A DNA stretch of 64,000 nt, from NCBI RefSeq assembly GCF_050920415.1, contig NZ_CP169309.1. One strand, written 5' to 3'. Source of the DNA: Escherichia coli. Lineage in GTDB: Bacteria; Pseudomonadota; Gammaproteobacteria; Enterobacterales; Enterobacteriaceae. This document shows, one piece after another, positions 37,625 through 47,974 of the stretch. Within the stretch, counting starts at the first letter, position 1. Every line of letters begins with the position of its first letter. The position numbers were made by a program, and so were the translations under genes. The notes below the pieces were generated by a model that did no database searches, had not been told where the DNA came from, and was given only the letters and a program-made list of their open reading frames with translations.

Positions 37625-37650
37625 GTTCAGCTAAGGAAGATTTCAGGTAC

Positions 37651-37683
37651 AAAAAAACCGCAATCTGTGAAACATATTGCGGT
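37651..37683 (-). terminator. Rho-independent terminator of the tRNA-fMet operon
   Basis: On the minus strand, stem ACCGCAAT / ATTGCGGT followed by T7, immediately 3' of the last tRNA copy. Confidence 0.75.
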
Positions 37684-37702
37684 TTATCAGCATCATAAGT
37701 GT

Positions 37703-37779
<77 letters not shown>

Positions 37780-37812
37780 TCACCGTACTGCTTTACTTCA
37801 TCAAATTTTGAT

Positions 37813-37889
<77 letters not shown>

Positions 37890-37922
37890 TCACCGTACTG
37901 CTTTACTTCATCAAATTTTAAT

Positions 37923-37999
<77 letters not shown>

Positions 38000-38032
38000 T
38001 CACCGTACTGCTTTACTTCATCAAATTTTAAT

Positions 38033-38109
<77 letters not shown>

Positions 38110-38317
38110 TCCGTGGATGCGCACTATACTCCGCTCGCGTTTTCATGCAACCTTTTTTTTACCCAGATCACGGATTTGGTATGATTTTGAGCAAAAACAA
38201 ATCACTAAAGCCTGTTTTTTGTGCAAAATTTGCGTCAGGGAGAGGCTGCTCATTTCATTAAACGCGGCGGTTTGTTATCTTCATTGCGCCTTATTTTTTA
38301 AACTGAAGAAGAGAACA

Positions 38318-39415
38318 ATGAAAGGACGTTGGGTAAAGTACCTTCTTATGGGCACGGTTGTGGCAATGCTTGCCGCCTGCTCTTCCAAACCAACCGATCG
38401 CGGACAGCAATATAAAGACGGGAAATTTACCCAGCCTTTCTCTCTGGTAAACCAGCCAGATGCCGTTGGCGCGCCAATTAACGCCGGTGATTTTGCCGAG
38501 CAAATTAACCATATCCGTACTTCGTCACCGCGTCTGTATGGCAACCAGAGTAATGTTTATAATGCGGTGCAGGAGTGGCTACGCGCAGGCGGTGATACCC
38601 GCAATATGCGTCAGTTCGGCATTGACGCCTGGCAGATGGAAGGTGCCGACAACTATGGCAACGTGCAGTTTACGGGCTATTACACGCCTGTCATTCAGGC
38701 GCGCCATACCCGTCAGGGCGAGTTCCAGTATCCTATTTACCGTATGCCGCCAAAACGTGGTCGTCTGCCGTCTCGTGCTGAGATCTACGCGGGAGCATTG
38801 AGCGATAAATACATCCTCGCTTACAGCAACTCTCTGATGGATAACTTCATTATGGATGTGCAGGGTAGCGGGTATATCGATTTTGGTGATGGCAGTCCGC
38901 TTAACTTCTTCAGCTATGCCGGAAAGAATGGTCATGCCTATCGCAGTATTGGTAAGGTGCTGATTGACCGTGGCGAAGTGAAAAAAGAAGATATGTCGAT
39001 GCAGGCGATTCGTCACTGGGGTGAAACACACAGTGAAGCCGAGGTTCGCGAGCTGCTGGAACAGAACCCGTCTTTCGTCTTCTTTAAACCGCAATCTTTT
39101 GCTCCGGTGAAAGGGGCAAGTGCGGTGCCGCTGGTTGGTCGCGCTTCAGTTGCGTCCGATCGTTCCATTATCCCGCCTGGTACAACTTTACTGGCAGAAG
39201 TGCCGCTGCTGGATAATAACGGCAAATTTAACGGTCAGTACGAACTGCGGCTGATGGTGGCGCTGGATGTCGGTGGTGCAATCAAAGGCCAACACTTCGA
39301 TATTTATCAAGGTATCGGGCCGGAAGCCGGACACCGCGCAGGTTGGTACAACCACTATGGACGTGTTTGGGTGCTGAAAACCGCCCCGGGCGCAGGTAAC
39401 GTCTTTAGCGGCTGA
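38318..39415 (+). CDS. mltA: Membrane-bound lytic murein transglycosylase A (lipoprotein)
   Basis: Start at ATG 38318 (MKGRWVKYLLMGTVVAMLAACSS lipobox); the 38036 track ORF is an extension through the tRNA genes. Confidence 0.93.
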   Translation: MKGRWVKYLLMGTVVAMLAACSSKPTDRGQQYKDGKFTQPFSLVNQPDAVGAPINAGDFAEQINHIRTSSPRLYGNQSNVYNAVQEWLRAGGDTRNMRQFGIDAWQMEGADNYGNVQFTGYYTPVIQARHTRQGEFQYPIYRMPPKRGRLPSRAEIYAGALSDKYILAYSNSLMDNFIMDVQGSGYIDFGDGSPLNFFSYAGKNGHAYRSIGKVLIDRGEVKKEDMSMQAIRHWGETHSEAEVRELLEQNPSFVFFKPQSFAPVKGASAVPLVGRASVASDRSIIPPGTTLLAEVPLLDNNGKFNGQYELRLMVALDVGGAIKGQHFDIYQGIGPEAGHRAGWYNHYGRVWVLKTAPGAGNVFSG

Positions 39416-39491
39416 TGTGTTATTCTGTATACCGTTTTGACGGATACGACAGGGTGAGGGATAACCTCGCCCTTTTTAATTCTGAGGTGCT

Positions 39492-40298
39492 ATGTCTGTG
39501 GTAATTAGTGATGCATGGCGTCAGCGTTTTGGTGGCACTGCGCGTCTGTATGGTGAAAAAGCGTTGCAACTGTTTGCTGATGCGCATATTTGTGTGGTCG
39601 GTATCGGTGGCGTCGGTTCCTGGGCGGCGGAAGCGCTGGCGCGTACGGGGATTGGCGCAATCACACTTATCGATATGGATGATGTGTGCGTCACTAATAC
39701 CAATCGGCAAATTCACGCGCTGCGAGATAACGTCGGGCTGGCCAAAGCGGAAGTAATGGCGGAGCGTATTCGCCAGATTAACCCGGAGTGCCGTGTAACG
39801 GTGGTAGATGACTTCGTGACGCCGGATAACGTAGCGCAATATATGAGTGCCGGTTATTCGTACGTGATTGATGCCATTGATAGTGTGCGACCCAAAGCGG
39901 CGCTGATTGCTTATTGTCGGCGCAATAAAATCCCTCTGGTCACGACTGGTGGTGCTGGTGGGCAGATTGATCCGACGCAGATTCAGGTTACCGATCTGGC
40001 GAAAACGATTCAGGACCCTCTGGCGGCGAAGTTGCGCGAGCGCCTGAAAAGCGATTTTGGCGTAGTGAAAAACAGCAAAGGTAAGCTCGGCGTGGATTGC
40101 GTGTTCTCTACCGAAGCGCTGGTGTACCCGCAGTCAGACGGTACGGTGTGCGCGATGAAAGCCACGGCAGAAGGGCCGAAGCGGATGGATTGTGCATCTG
40201 GATTTGGCGCGGCGACGATGGTGACCGCCACCTTTGGTTTTGTTGCGGTTTCTCATGCGTTGAGGAAGATGATGGTGAAAGCGGCGCGTCAGGGGTAA
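39492..40298 (+). CDS. tcdA: tRNA threonylcarbamoyladenosine dehydratase (ThiF/MoeB-like E1)
   Basis: 268 aa; Rossmann motif VVGIGGVGSWAAEALARTG. Confidence 0.9.
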   Translation: MSVVISDAWRQRFGGTARLYGEKALQLFADAHICVVGIGGVGSWAAEALARTGIGAITLIDMDDVCVTNTNRQIHALRDNVGLAKAEVMAERIRQINPECRVTVVDDFVTPDNVAQYMSAGYSYVIDAIDSVRPKAALIAYCRRNKIPLVTTGGAGGQIDPTQIQVTDLAKTIQDPLAAKLRERLKSDFGVVKNSKGKLGVDCVFSTEALVYPQSDGTVCAMKATAEGPKRMDCASGFGAATMVTATFGFVAVSHALRKMMVKAARQG

Positions 40299-40348
40299 AC
40301 AATCAGGTCGGATGCGACGTGAACGTCTTATCCGACCTGGTTTTGCGC

Positions 40349-40792
40349 TTAACCCTGCTTCGCCGCCGCGATAATCGCCTCGCTTAACGCATTCAACCCC
40401 TGACTGCGAGAGGCGCTAAGTTGCCCACGCAATCCCAGCTCATCAAACAATGCCAGCGGCGACTGTGCCTGCAATTCGGCGGCGGTTTTCCCCTCAACGG
40501 CAGTCAACAACACCGCCAGCAGGCCGCGCACAATGCGTCCTTCGCTGTCGCCAAAGAAATGCATCGTGCCGTTTTCAGCCACGGTATATCCCAGCCAGAC
40601 GCGGTTTTCGCATCCGGCGATCTCTTTAGCCTGCGCTTTTAACTCGTCTGGCAAAGCTGGAAGCTGTTTCCCCAACATAATTAGCTGACGATATTTGTCT
40701 TCCCATTGAGTCAACGGCGCGAAAGTTTCGTGTAACGTCTTTACGGTAACGGTTGTGCCGAACGGATGTCCGGCGAATTGCGGGTTCGTCAT
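40349..40792 (-). CDS. csdE: Sulfur acceptor protein (SufE-like)
   Basis: 147 aa; recognised as CsdE; adjacent to csdA. Confidence 0.9.
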   Translation of the reverse strand: MTNPQFAGHPFGTTVTVKTLHETFAPLTQWEDKYRQLIMLGKQLPALPDELKAQAKEIAGCENRVWLGYTVAENGTMHFFGDSEGRIVRGLLAVLLTAVEGKTAAELQAQSPLALFDELGLRGQLSASRSQGLNALSEAIIAAAKQG

Positions 40793-41997
40793 TAATCCAC
40801 CAATAATTCCAGCGCACGGTCAACGGCATTCACCAGCGCATCCACATCACTCTTTGTATTATATGGCGCAAAAGAGGCGCGCAGTGTGCCGGTTACGCCT
40901 AATTCTGCCAGTAGCGGCTGAGCGCAATGCTGCCCGGCCCGCAGGGCAATGCCGTACTCCGCCAGCAGCGTCACCATATCGCTGTGATGAACGCCAGCAA
41001 AATCAAAGGCTAGCAGGCTGGAATCCTGGCTGCGGAATGAACGAAAGCCTGGACGTTTTGCCAGCGCCTCTTCTGCAATCGTCGCCAGGCTGCGACTCCA
41101 GCTTTCTGCCTGGTTGATATCGTAATCTGCCAGCCATTCCAGCGCCGCGCTTAACCCAATTACGCCAGCGACATTTGGCGTTCCTGCTTCCAGTTTCCAC
41201 GGCGCAGATTGAGTGATGAAGCCGTCAAAACTCACTTCGTGAACCATTTTGCCGCCGCCCAGCCAGGGCGACATTGCTTCCAGCAGTTCTGGTTTGCCGT
41301 AAAGTACGCCTATCCCTGTCGGGCCATACAGTTTGTGACCAGAGAAAGCGTAAAAATCAATATCCAGTTGCTGAACATCCGCGGGGAAATGCACCGCCCC
41401 CTGAGCACCATCAACCATCACCACCATCCCGGCTGAATGAGCAAAGGTAATCGCTCGTGCCAGATCCGGGCAACCGCCAGTGACGTTAGACATCTGGCCC
41501 AACGCCAGAATCCGACTATGGGGAGTAATCAGTTCAGGCAACAAATCGATATCTGGCAACCGCTGCGCATTAAGCGGCAATTTCACCACTTTGGCTCCGG
41601 TTTGTTGGGCGACCATCAGCCAGGGGACGAGGTTGGCGTGATGCTCTGCCACACTGACAATAATTTCATCGCCCGGTTGCAGACGCGGACGGGCATAGCA
41701 TTGCGCCACCATGTTGATGGATTCAGTGGTGCCACGCGTCCAGACGATAGTTTTGTCATCTGGTGCATTCAGTAATTGCGCCACTTTTTCCCGTGCAGCT
41801 TCGTAACGCGCGGTCAGGCGTTGGGCCTCGGCAAACTGACTACGATGGACGTTTCCGGCGCTCAGGCTGTAAAACTGTCGGGTTGCTTCAACCACGACTT
41901 CAGGTTTAAGCGCGGTCGCGGCACTGTCGAGATAGACGCCCGCATCCTGTAGCGCGGGAAACTGGGCGCGAAATTGCGCGGGATTAAAAACGTTCAT
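40792..41997 (-). CDS. csdA: Cysteine desulfurase / sulfinate desulfinase
   Basis: 401 aa from ATG at 41997 ([13 protein letters not shown]); PLP class V aminotransferase; track ORF has an upstream extension. Confidence 0.92.
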   Translation of the reverse strand: MNVFNPAQFRAQFPALQDAGVYLDSAATALKPEVVVEATRQFYSLSAGNVHRSQFAEAQRLTARYEAAREKVAQLLNAPDDKTIVWTRGTTESINMVAQCYARPRLQPGDEIIVSVAEHHANLVPWLMVAQQTGAKVVKLPLNAQRLPDIDLLPELITPHSRILALGQMSNVTGGCPDLARAITFAHSAGMVVMVDGAQGAVHFPADVQQLDIDFYAFSGHKLYGPTGIGVLYGKPELLEAMSPWLGGGKMVHEVSFDGFITQSAPWKLEAGTPNVAGVIGLSAALEWLADYDINQAESWSRSLATIAEEALAKRPGFRSFRSQDSSLLAFDFAGVHHSDMVTLLAEYGIALRAGQHCAQPLLAELGVTGTLRASFAPYNTKSDVDALVNAVDRALELLVD

Positions 41998-42188
41998 GGT
42001 ACTCCTCGGCTTGATGCACCGATCGTGACGCAAAATTCACTTTGATACAAGGAGAGTGCTAACCATCAGAATTATCTGGATATCCTGACGAAGCCGCGTA
42101 AGTAACATATGCTAAATAGTGTTAGGCGTTAATTTTAGCCTGTTAATCAATACTATTAAGATTTATTAATCGCTTTAAGGAGAAGATG

Positions 42189-42416
42189 ATGAAAAAGACT
42201 GCCGCAATTATTTCTGCCTGTATGCTGACTTTTGCCCTGAGCGCCTGTTCCGGTTCGAACTATGTGATGCACACCAATGACGGACGTACCATCGTCTCTG
42301 ACGGCAAACCACAGACTGATAACGATACCGGTATGATTTCGTATAAAGACGCTAATGGCAACAAACAGCAGATCAACCGTACCGACGTGAAAGAGATGGT
42401 CGAACTGGATCAGTAA
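42189..42416 (+). CDS. ygdI: Small lipoprotein (DUF903 family), paralog of YgdR
   Basis: 75 aa with lipobox LSAC; similar to the ORF at 8231-8449. Confidence 0.85.
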   Translation: MKKTAAIISACMLTFALSACSGSNYVMHTNDGRTIVSDGKPQTDNDTGMISYKDANGNKQQINRTDVKEMVELDQ

Positions 42417-42432
42417 TTCGCGATCGCAAGGT

Positions 42433-42638
42433 AAAAAAAAGCACCGCAATTAGGCGGTGCTACATTAATCACTATGGACAGACAGGGTAAATGTACAGGA
42501 AGTGAAAAAAGGTAGCTTTGCTACCATGGTCTGAATCGCAGACCAATTGCAAACACAACAACACAACATCACAACCGTAAGCCAAAAGTTCACCAGAACA
42601 CGCATTCCGATAAAACTTTTCGTTCCGGCTCAGGAAGT
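42433..42638 (-). ncRNA. gcvB: GcvB small RNA
   Basis: Minus-strand sequence begins ACTTCCTGAGCCGGAACGAAAAG, contains the GT-rich region GTTGTGATGTTGTGTTGTTGTGTTTGCAATTGG, ends with terminator GCACCGCCTAATTGCGGTGC plus T8; divergent from gcvA. Confidence 0.88.
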
Positions 42639-42766
42639 GCCGCCACTATAGGTATTTGCTGGTAGAAGCTCAACGGACAATTTATAATGGCTCAGATTAA
42701 AAAAACTAATAGGTTACACAGTGTGATCTAATTGTTAAATTCATTTAACATCAAAGTTTAAAAGCC

Positions 42767-43684
42767 ATGTCTAAACGATTACCACCGCTAAATGCCTTAC
42801 GAGTTTTTGATGCCGCAGCACGCCATTTAAGTTTCACTCGCGCAGCAGAAGAGCTTTTTGTGACTCAGGCCGCAGTAAGTCATCAAATCAAGTCTCTTGA
42901 GGATTTTCTGGGGCTAAAACTGTTCCGCCGCCGTAATCGTTCACTCCTGCTGACCGAGGAAGGGCAAAGCTATTTCCTCGATATCAAAGAGATATTTTCG
43001 CAATTAACCGAAGCGACACGTAAACTCCAGGCCCGTAGCGCCAAGGGGGCGTTGACGGTCAGTTTACTCCCCAGTTTCGCCATTCATTGGTTGGTTCCAC
43101 GACTTTCCAGCTTTAATTCAGCTTATCCGGGAATTGACGTTCGCATCCAGGCGGTTGATCGTCAGGAAGATAAGCTGGCGGATGATGTTGACGTGGCGAT
43201 ATTCTATGGTCGGGGCAACTGGCCGGGGCTACGGGTGGAAAAACTTTACGCCGAATATTTATTGCCGGTGTGTTCGCCGCTACTGCTGACAGGCGATAAA
43301 CCCTTGAAGACCCCGGAAGACTTGGCTAAACATACGTTATTACATGATGCGTCTCGCCGTGACTGGCAGACATATACTCGCCAATTGGGGTTAAATCATA
43401 TCAACGTTCAGCAAGGACCAATATTTAGTCATAGCGCCATGGTGCTGCAAGCGGCTATCCACGGGCAGGGAGTGGCGCTGGCGAATAACGTGATGGCGCA
43501 ATCTGAAATTGAAGCCGGACGTCTTGTTTGCCCGTTTAATGATGTTCTGGTCAGTAAAAACGCTTTTTATCTGGTTTGTCATGACAGCCAGGCAGAACTG
43601 GGTAAAATAGCCGCCTTTCGCCAATGGATCCTGGCGAAAGCCGCTGCTGAACAAGAAAAATTCCGCTTTCGTTATGAACAATAA
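42767..43684 (+). CDS. gcvA: Glycine cleavage system transcriptional regulator (LysR family)
   Basis: 305 aa; N-terminal LysR-type HTH; recognised as GcvA. Confidence 0.95.
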   Translation: MSKRLPPLNALRVFDAAARHLSFTRAAEELFVTQAAVSHQIKSLEDFLGLKLFRRRNRSLLLTEEGQSYFLDIKEIFSQLTEATRKLQARSAKGALTVSLLPSFAIHWLVPRLSSFNSAYPGIDVRIQAVDRQEDKLADDVDVAIFYGRGNWPGLRVEKLYAEYLLPVCSPLLLTGDKPLKTPEDLAKHTLLHDASRRDWQTYTRQLGLNHINVQQGPIFSHSAMVLQAAIHGQGVALANNVMAQSEIEAGRLVCPFNDVLVSKNAFYLVCHDSQAELGKIAAFRQWILAKAAAEQEKFRFRYEQ

Positions 43685-43702
43685 TTTACGTAGGGTACGA
43701 CC

Positions 43703-44098
43703 ATGACCAGCCGTTTTATGCTGATTTTCGCCGCCATTAGCGGCTTCATTTTTGTGGCGCTGGGCGCTTTTGGCGCGCATGTGTTAAGTAAAACCATGGG
43801 GGCCGTTGAGATGGGCTGGATCCAGACCGGTCTCGAATACCAGGCGTTCCATACGCTGGCGATCTTAGGTCTGGCGGTGGCAATGCAGCGTCGCATCAGT
43901 ATCTGGTTTTACTGGAGTAGCGTTTTCCTTGCGTTAGGCACGGTGCTGTTCAGCGGCAGCCTTTATTGCCTGGCGCTGTCCCATCTGCGTTTGTGGGCAT
44001 TTGTCACACCGGTTGGCGGCGTGAGCTTCCTCGCGGGCTGGGCGTTAATGTTAGTTGGTGCTATCCGTTTAAAGCGCAAGGGCGTAAGTCATGAATAA
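43703..44098 (+). CDS. ygdD: DUF423 inner membrane protein
   Basis: 131 aa hydrophobic; conserved position before rlmM. Confidence 0.85.
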
Positions 44099-45191
44099 GG
44101 TTGTATTGCTGTGCCGTCCGGGCTTTGAAAAAGAGTGCGCCGCAGAAATTACCGATAAAGCCGGCCAGCGGGAAATTTTCGGTTTTGCCCGCGTGAAAGA
44201 GAATGCGGGTTATGTCATTTATGAATGTTATCAACCTGATGATGGCGATAAGTTAATCCGTGAGCTGCCGTTCAGTTCATTAATTTTTGCCCGCCAGTGG
44301 TTTGTGGTCGGGGAACTCCTGCAGCATTTGCCGCCAGAAGATCGTATTACCCCCATTGTCGGCATGTTACAGGGCGTAGTAGAGAAGGGCGGTGAACTGC
44401 GTGTTGAAGTTGCCGATACCAACGAAAGCAAAGAGTTGCTGAAATTCTGCCGTAAATTCACCGTGCCGCTACGCGCTGCCTTGCGCGATGCCGGGGTGCT
44501 GGCGAACTATGAAACGCCGAAGCGTCCGGTTGTGCATGTATTCTTTATTGCACCAGGTTGCTGCTATACCGGTTACTCATACAGCAACAATAATTCGCCG
44601 TTCTATATGGGCATTCCGCGCCTGAAATTTCCGGCAGATGCGCCGAGTCGTTCCACGCTCAAACTGGAAGAGGCATTTCATGTGTTTATTCCGGCGGATG
44701 AGTGGGATGAACGTCTGGCGAACGGGATGTGGGCGGTGGATTTAGGTGCTTGCCCAGGCGGCTGGACCTACCAACTGGTGAAGCGCAACATGTGGGTATA
44801 TTCCGTTGATAACGGCCCGATGGCACAAAGCCTGATGGATACCGGGCAGGTGACGTGGCTGCGGGAAGACGGTTTCAAATTCCGTCCGACACGCAGCAAT
44901 ATCTCCTGGATGGTATGCGATATGGTTGAAAAGCCGGCGAAAGTTGCGGCATTGATGGCGCAGTGGCTGGTTAATGGCTGGTGCCGTGAAACCATTTTCA
45001 ACCTCAAACTGCCGATGAAAAAACGCTACGAAGAAGTGTCACATAATCTGGCGTATATTCAGGCACAGCTTGATGAACATGGCATAAATGCTCAGATTCA
45101 GGCGCGACAGTTGTATCACGATCGTGAAGAAGTGACGGTGCATGTCCGCCGCATCTGGGCTGCGGTGGGAGGCCGTCGCGACGAGCGATAA
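44091..45191 (+). CDS. rlmM: 23S rRNA 2'-O-ribose C2498 methyltransferase
   Basis: 366 aa; recognised as RlmM (YgdE). Confidence 0.9.
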
Positions 45192-45234
45192 CTAACAAGG
45201 CCGGGGCGTCGTCTCCGGCCTGCTACCCTTTCCG

Positions 45235-45966
45235 TCAGGCTGTTACCAAAGAAGCCGCAACCTGGCGCTCATCAGAAATAATGTGCGTGACCTCATCCAG
45301 ATGCCCGATGCGGGCTTCCCCTGAACGATTAAATTTACTTTTATCAATCAATAACAACGATTGCGCGGCACGTTTTAATAGCATCGATTTGTAATCAGCG
45401 TTGATGGCATTGGAGTCCCACAGTGCACCGCTGCTATCGATCCCTTCACAAGAAAAAATAAACAGATCGATTTCCAGCGATTTAAGTTGGGAAATCAGCG
45501 AGGGATTGACGTAACAGCCATATTTGCGCTCAAGTGTGCCGCCGGAACTGATCAGTTGAATGCGTTCACGTTTACCGAGTTCATGGCAAATCGGATGGCT
45601 ATTGGTGAAGACCTGGATGTTGATGTCAGGCAACTGGCGTGCCAGATACCAGCAGGTTGAACTGGCGTCTAAGGCTATCACCATCCCTTCTTCAATCCAC
45701 GCGAGCGCCTCGCGCGCGATATCTGCTTTATGCGCATAATGGCTTTTCAGCCGGATGTGAAAGGGATCGCCACTGTCTTGATTTTGACGGTGGATATATT
45801 TAGCGCGCCCATGATTGCGCAGAATTTTACCCTGCGTCTGTAATTCATTGAGATCGCGACGAATGGTTTCTTTACTGACCTTTAGCTGTTCAGAGAGAGC
45901 TTCCGTGGTCAGGCTGGTATGGTTCAGCAGCAGGTCGACTATCGCTTGCTGGCGTGCCGCTTTCAT
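45235..45966 (-). CDS. fucR: L-fucose operon activator (DeoR family)
   Basis: 243 aa from ATG at 45966 (MKAARQQAIVDLL); DeoR HTH. Confidence 0.92.
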   Translation of the reverse strand: MKAARQQAIVDLLLNHTSLTTEALSEQLKVSKETIRRDLNELQTQGKILRNHGRAKYIHRQNQDSGDPFHIRLKSHYAHKADIAREALAWIEEGMVIALDASSTCWYLARQLPDINIQVFTNSHPICHELGKRERIQLISSGGTLERKYGCYVNPSLISQLKSLEIDLFIFSCEGIDSSGALWDSNAINADYKSMLLKRAAQSLLLIDKSKFNRSGEARIGHLDEVTHIISDERQVAASLVTA

Positions 45967-46023
45967 ATTTTTCACCCCATCATTCGATAACCGCCCGCGT
46001 CATGCGGGCGTACCGGTATGAGA

Positions 46024-46446
46024 TTACGGTGTTACCCCTTTTTTTAAAAGAATATTCCCATACTTCGCTCGTTCGCCTGTGATAACGATCGCAAAGGCTT
46101 TTTGCGCCCGCTCATAAAACGCAAAACGATTGATGCGGATGATGTCAGGACAGGGGGCTTGTAGTGAAAGCGCATTACGATAACGTCGTTCTACTTCAGG
46201 ATCGAGAGTGTCACCTTCTACCGCCGCCATCATCACCAGCGGCGGTGCATAACTGTCCAGTTCAAATAACGGGATTATCGCCTGGAGCAAGTCGCTCACC
46301 AACAGGCCATCAGCGCGGATCACCTGCGGTCCCATCGAATGGGCGGGAAAGTGAGCATCGGAAAAAATAATTTCATCTCCATGTCCCATCTCTGCCAGCA
46401 CTTTCAATAGTTCGGGGGAAATTAACGGCGAAATTGTTTTCAGCAT
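46024..46446 (-). CDS. fucU: L-fucose mutarotase
   Basis: 140 aa; recognised as FucU. Confidence 0.93.
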
Positions 46447-46447
46447 T

Positions 46448-47896
46448 TCACACTTCCTCTATAAATTCAGGTTCAGTTTGTGGGTAGAAATAACGGTACT
46501 GATAATGAATCTGCGCGCGAGCTTCTTCCGGGCTGTTAAATTCCCCTACGCCATACCAACCGAACAGCGCAGCTCCTGCGACGGTCGTTTCGGCGTCGTC
46601 GAGAACTTTTACCGGAATATCAAGCATATTGGCTTTAATCTGATTCCACAATGTGTTGCGACTTCCTCCACCTACTAACAATAATTCAGAGGCTTTAAAG
46701 TGCCCGATTTTTTCCAGCATCTGTAGATTGCGCTGTAATTGCGCGGTTAACCCTTCCAGCGCCGCGCGATAGAAATGTCCGCGCGTGGTATTGAGCGTCA
46801 CTCCTTGCCAGCCAGCGTTCTGACACGACAATAAATCACACTGCATTTTCACACCATCCGTACCCGGGGGGATCAGACGAGCTTCATCAATCAACATTTG
46901 CCAGGGCGTTTCAGTAGTCCAGAACAGTTTTCTCACCCATTCCAGCACGCCGGATGCCAGCCATTGCATACCGGGGTTATACAATCCTGCCTGGCTATCC
47001 AGTTCGCAGGTCGAACCGGCGTACTGACTTAGCAGTGAAGTATCAACCTGCGTACTGCGGACCATTAAAATTTCCCAGGTACCGGAAGAGAGCACGGGTT
47101 CATTTTGTTCGGCACCAGCGCCAAAAAGGGCGAACTGGGTATCGTGACCTGCGGAAATCACCGGTATGCCAACGGGTAAGCCGAGCATTGCTGCGGCGCT
47201 GTTCTGTAGCGTACCTATCTGTTCACCCGCTTCCACCAGACGAGGGAAGAGACGGCGTGGAATACCGGTGGCTTGTAAAATTTGCGGACTGAAATCGCGT
47301 TGCTGGATATCCAGCATCTGGCTGGTTCCGGCCATCGTGATATCAGTAGTCAATTCGCCGGTTAAACGGTGGTTAATCAGCGACGAAATAAAGAGCCAGG
47401 CGTGCGCGCGTTCCAGCAGTTGTGGATGATTTTCTTTCAACCACACCAATTTATATAACGTATTGAAACTAAAGGCTCCGACGCCAGAAATAGCCTGCAA
47501 CTGCTGTGCGGAGATCAACCGTTCAATATTGTCCATTACCGCTGCTGTTCGCGGACATTTCCAGCTAATGATCGGATAGAGCAGATTGCCTTGCTTATCT
47601 ACCAGAGCGCCATCCACACCAAAGGTGGTGACGGCGATACCGCGGATGTGGCATTCAGTCAGTTCACTATTGATTTGCCGACAGCAATCAGCAAAGCGTT
47701 GCAAAATGGCGTCTAAAGACCACTGGTGCCAGGTGTTGTTTTCCATCGCGATATCGCTGGCATTAGGCGTTGAGGCGCGGGCAACAATTTTTCCCTGCCG
47801 ATTAACCGCGATGGCCCTGACATTGGTTGCGCCACAGTCGAGTACCAGGATAACTTCTTGTTTCATAATCGCTCCTGCAATATAGCCGGATAACAT
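46448..47896 (-). CDS. fucK: L-fuculokinase
   Basis: 482 aa FGGY kinase; an alternative start MKQEV at 47866 is possible. Confidence 0.92.
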
Positions 47897-47974
47897 TGTT
47901 TATCCGGCTAACCACTCTTGCTTGTTCAGGCCCGGTAGCCGGAGCGACCGGGCATCACATCAGGGAGTAATGTA

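Noticed and set aside
32140-37650. The accessory block as an intact mobile element (integrative island with integrase)
   Set aside because: No integrase, transposase, IS inverted repeats or att-like direct repeats could be found by eye, so I report it as an accessory operon rather than annotating a mobile_element feature.
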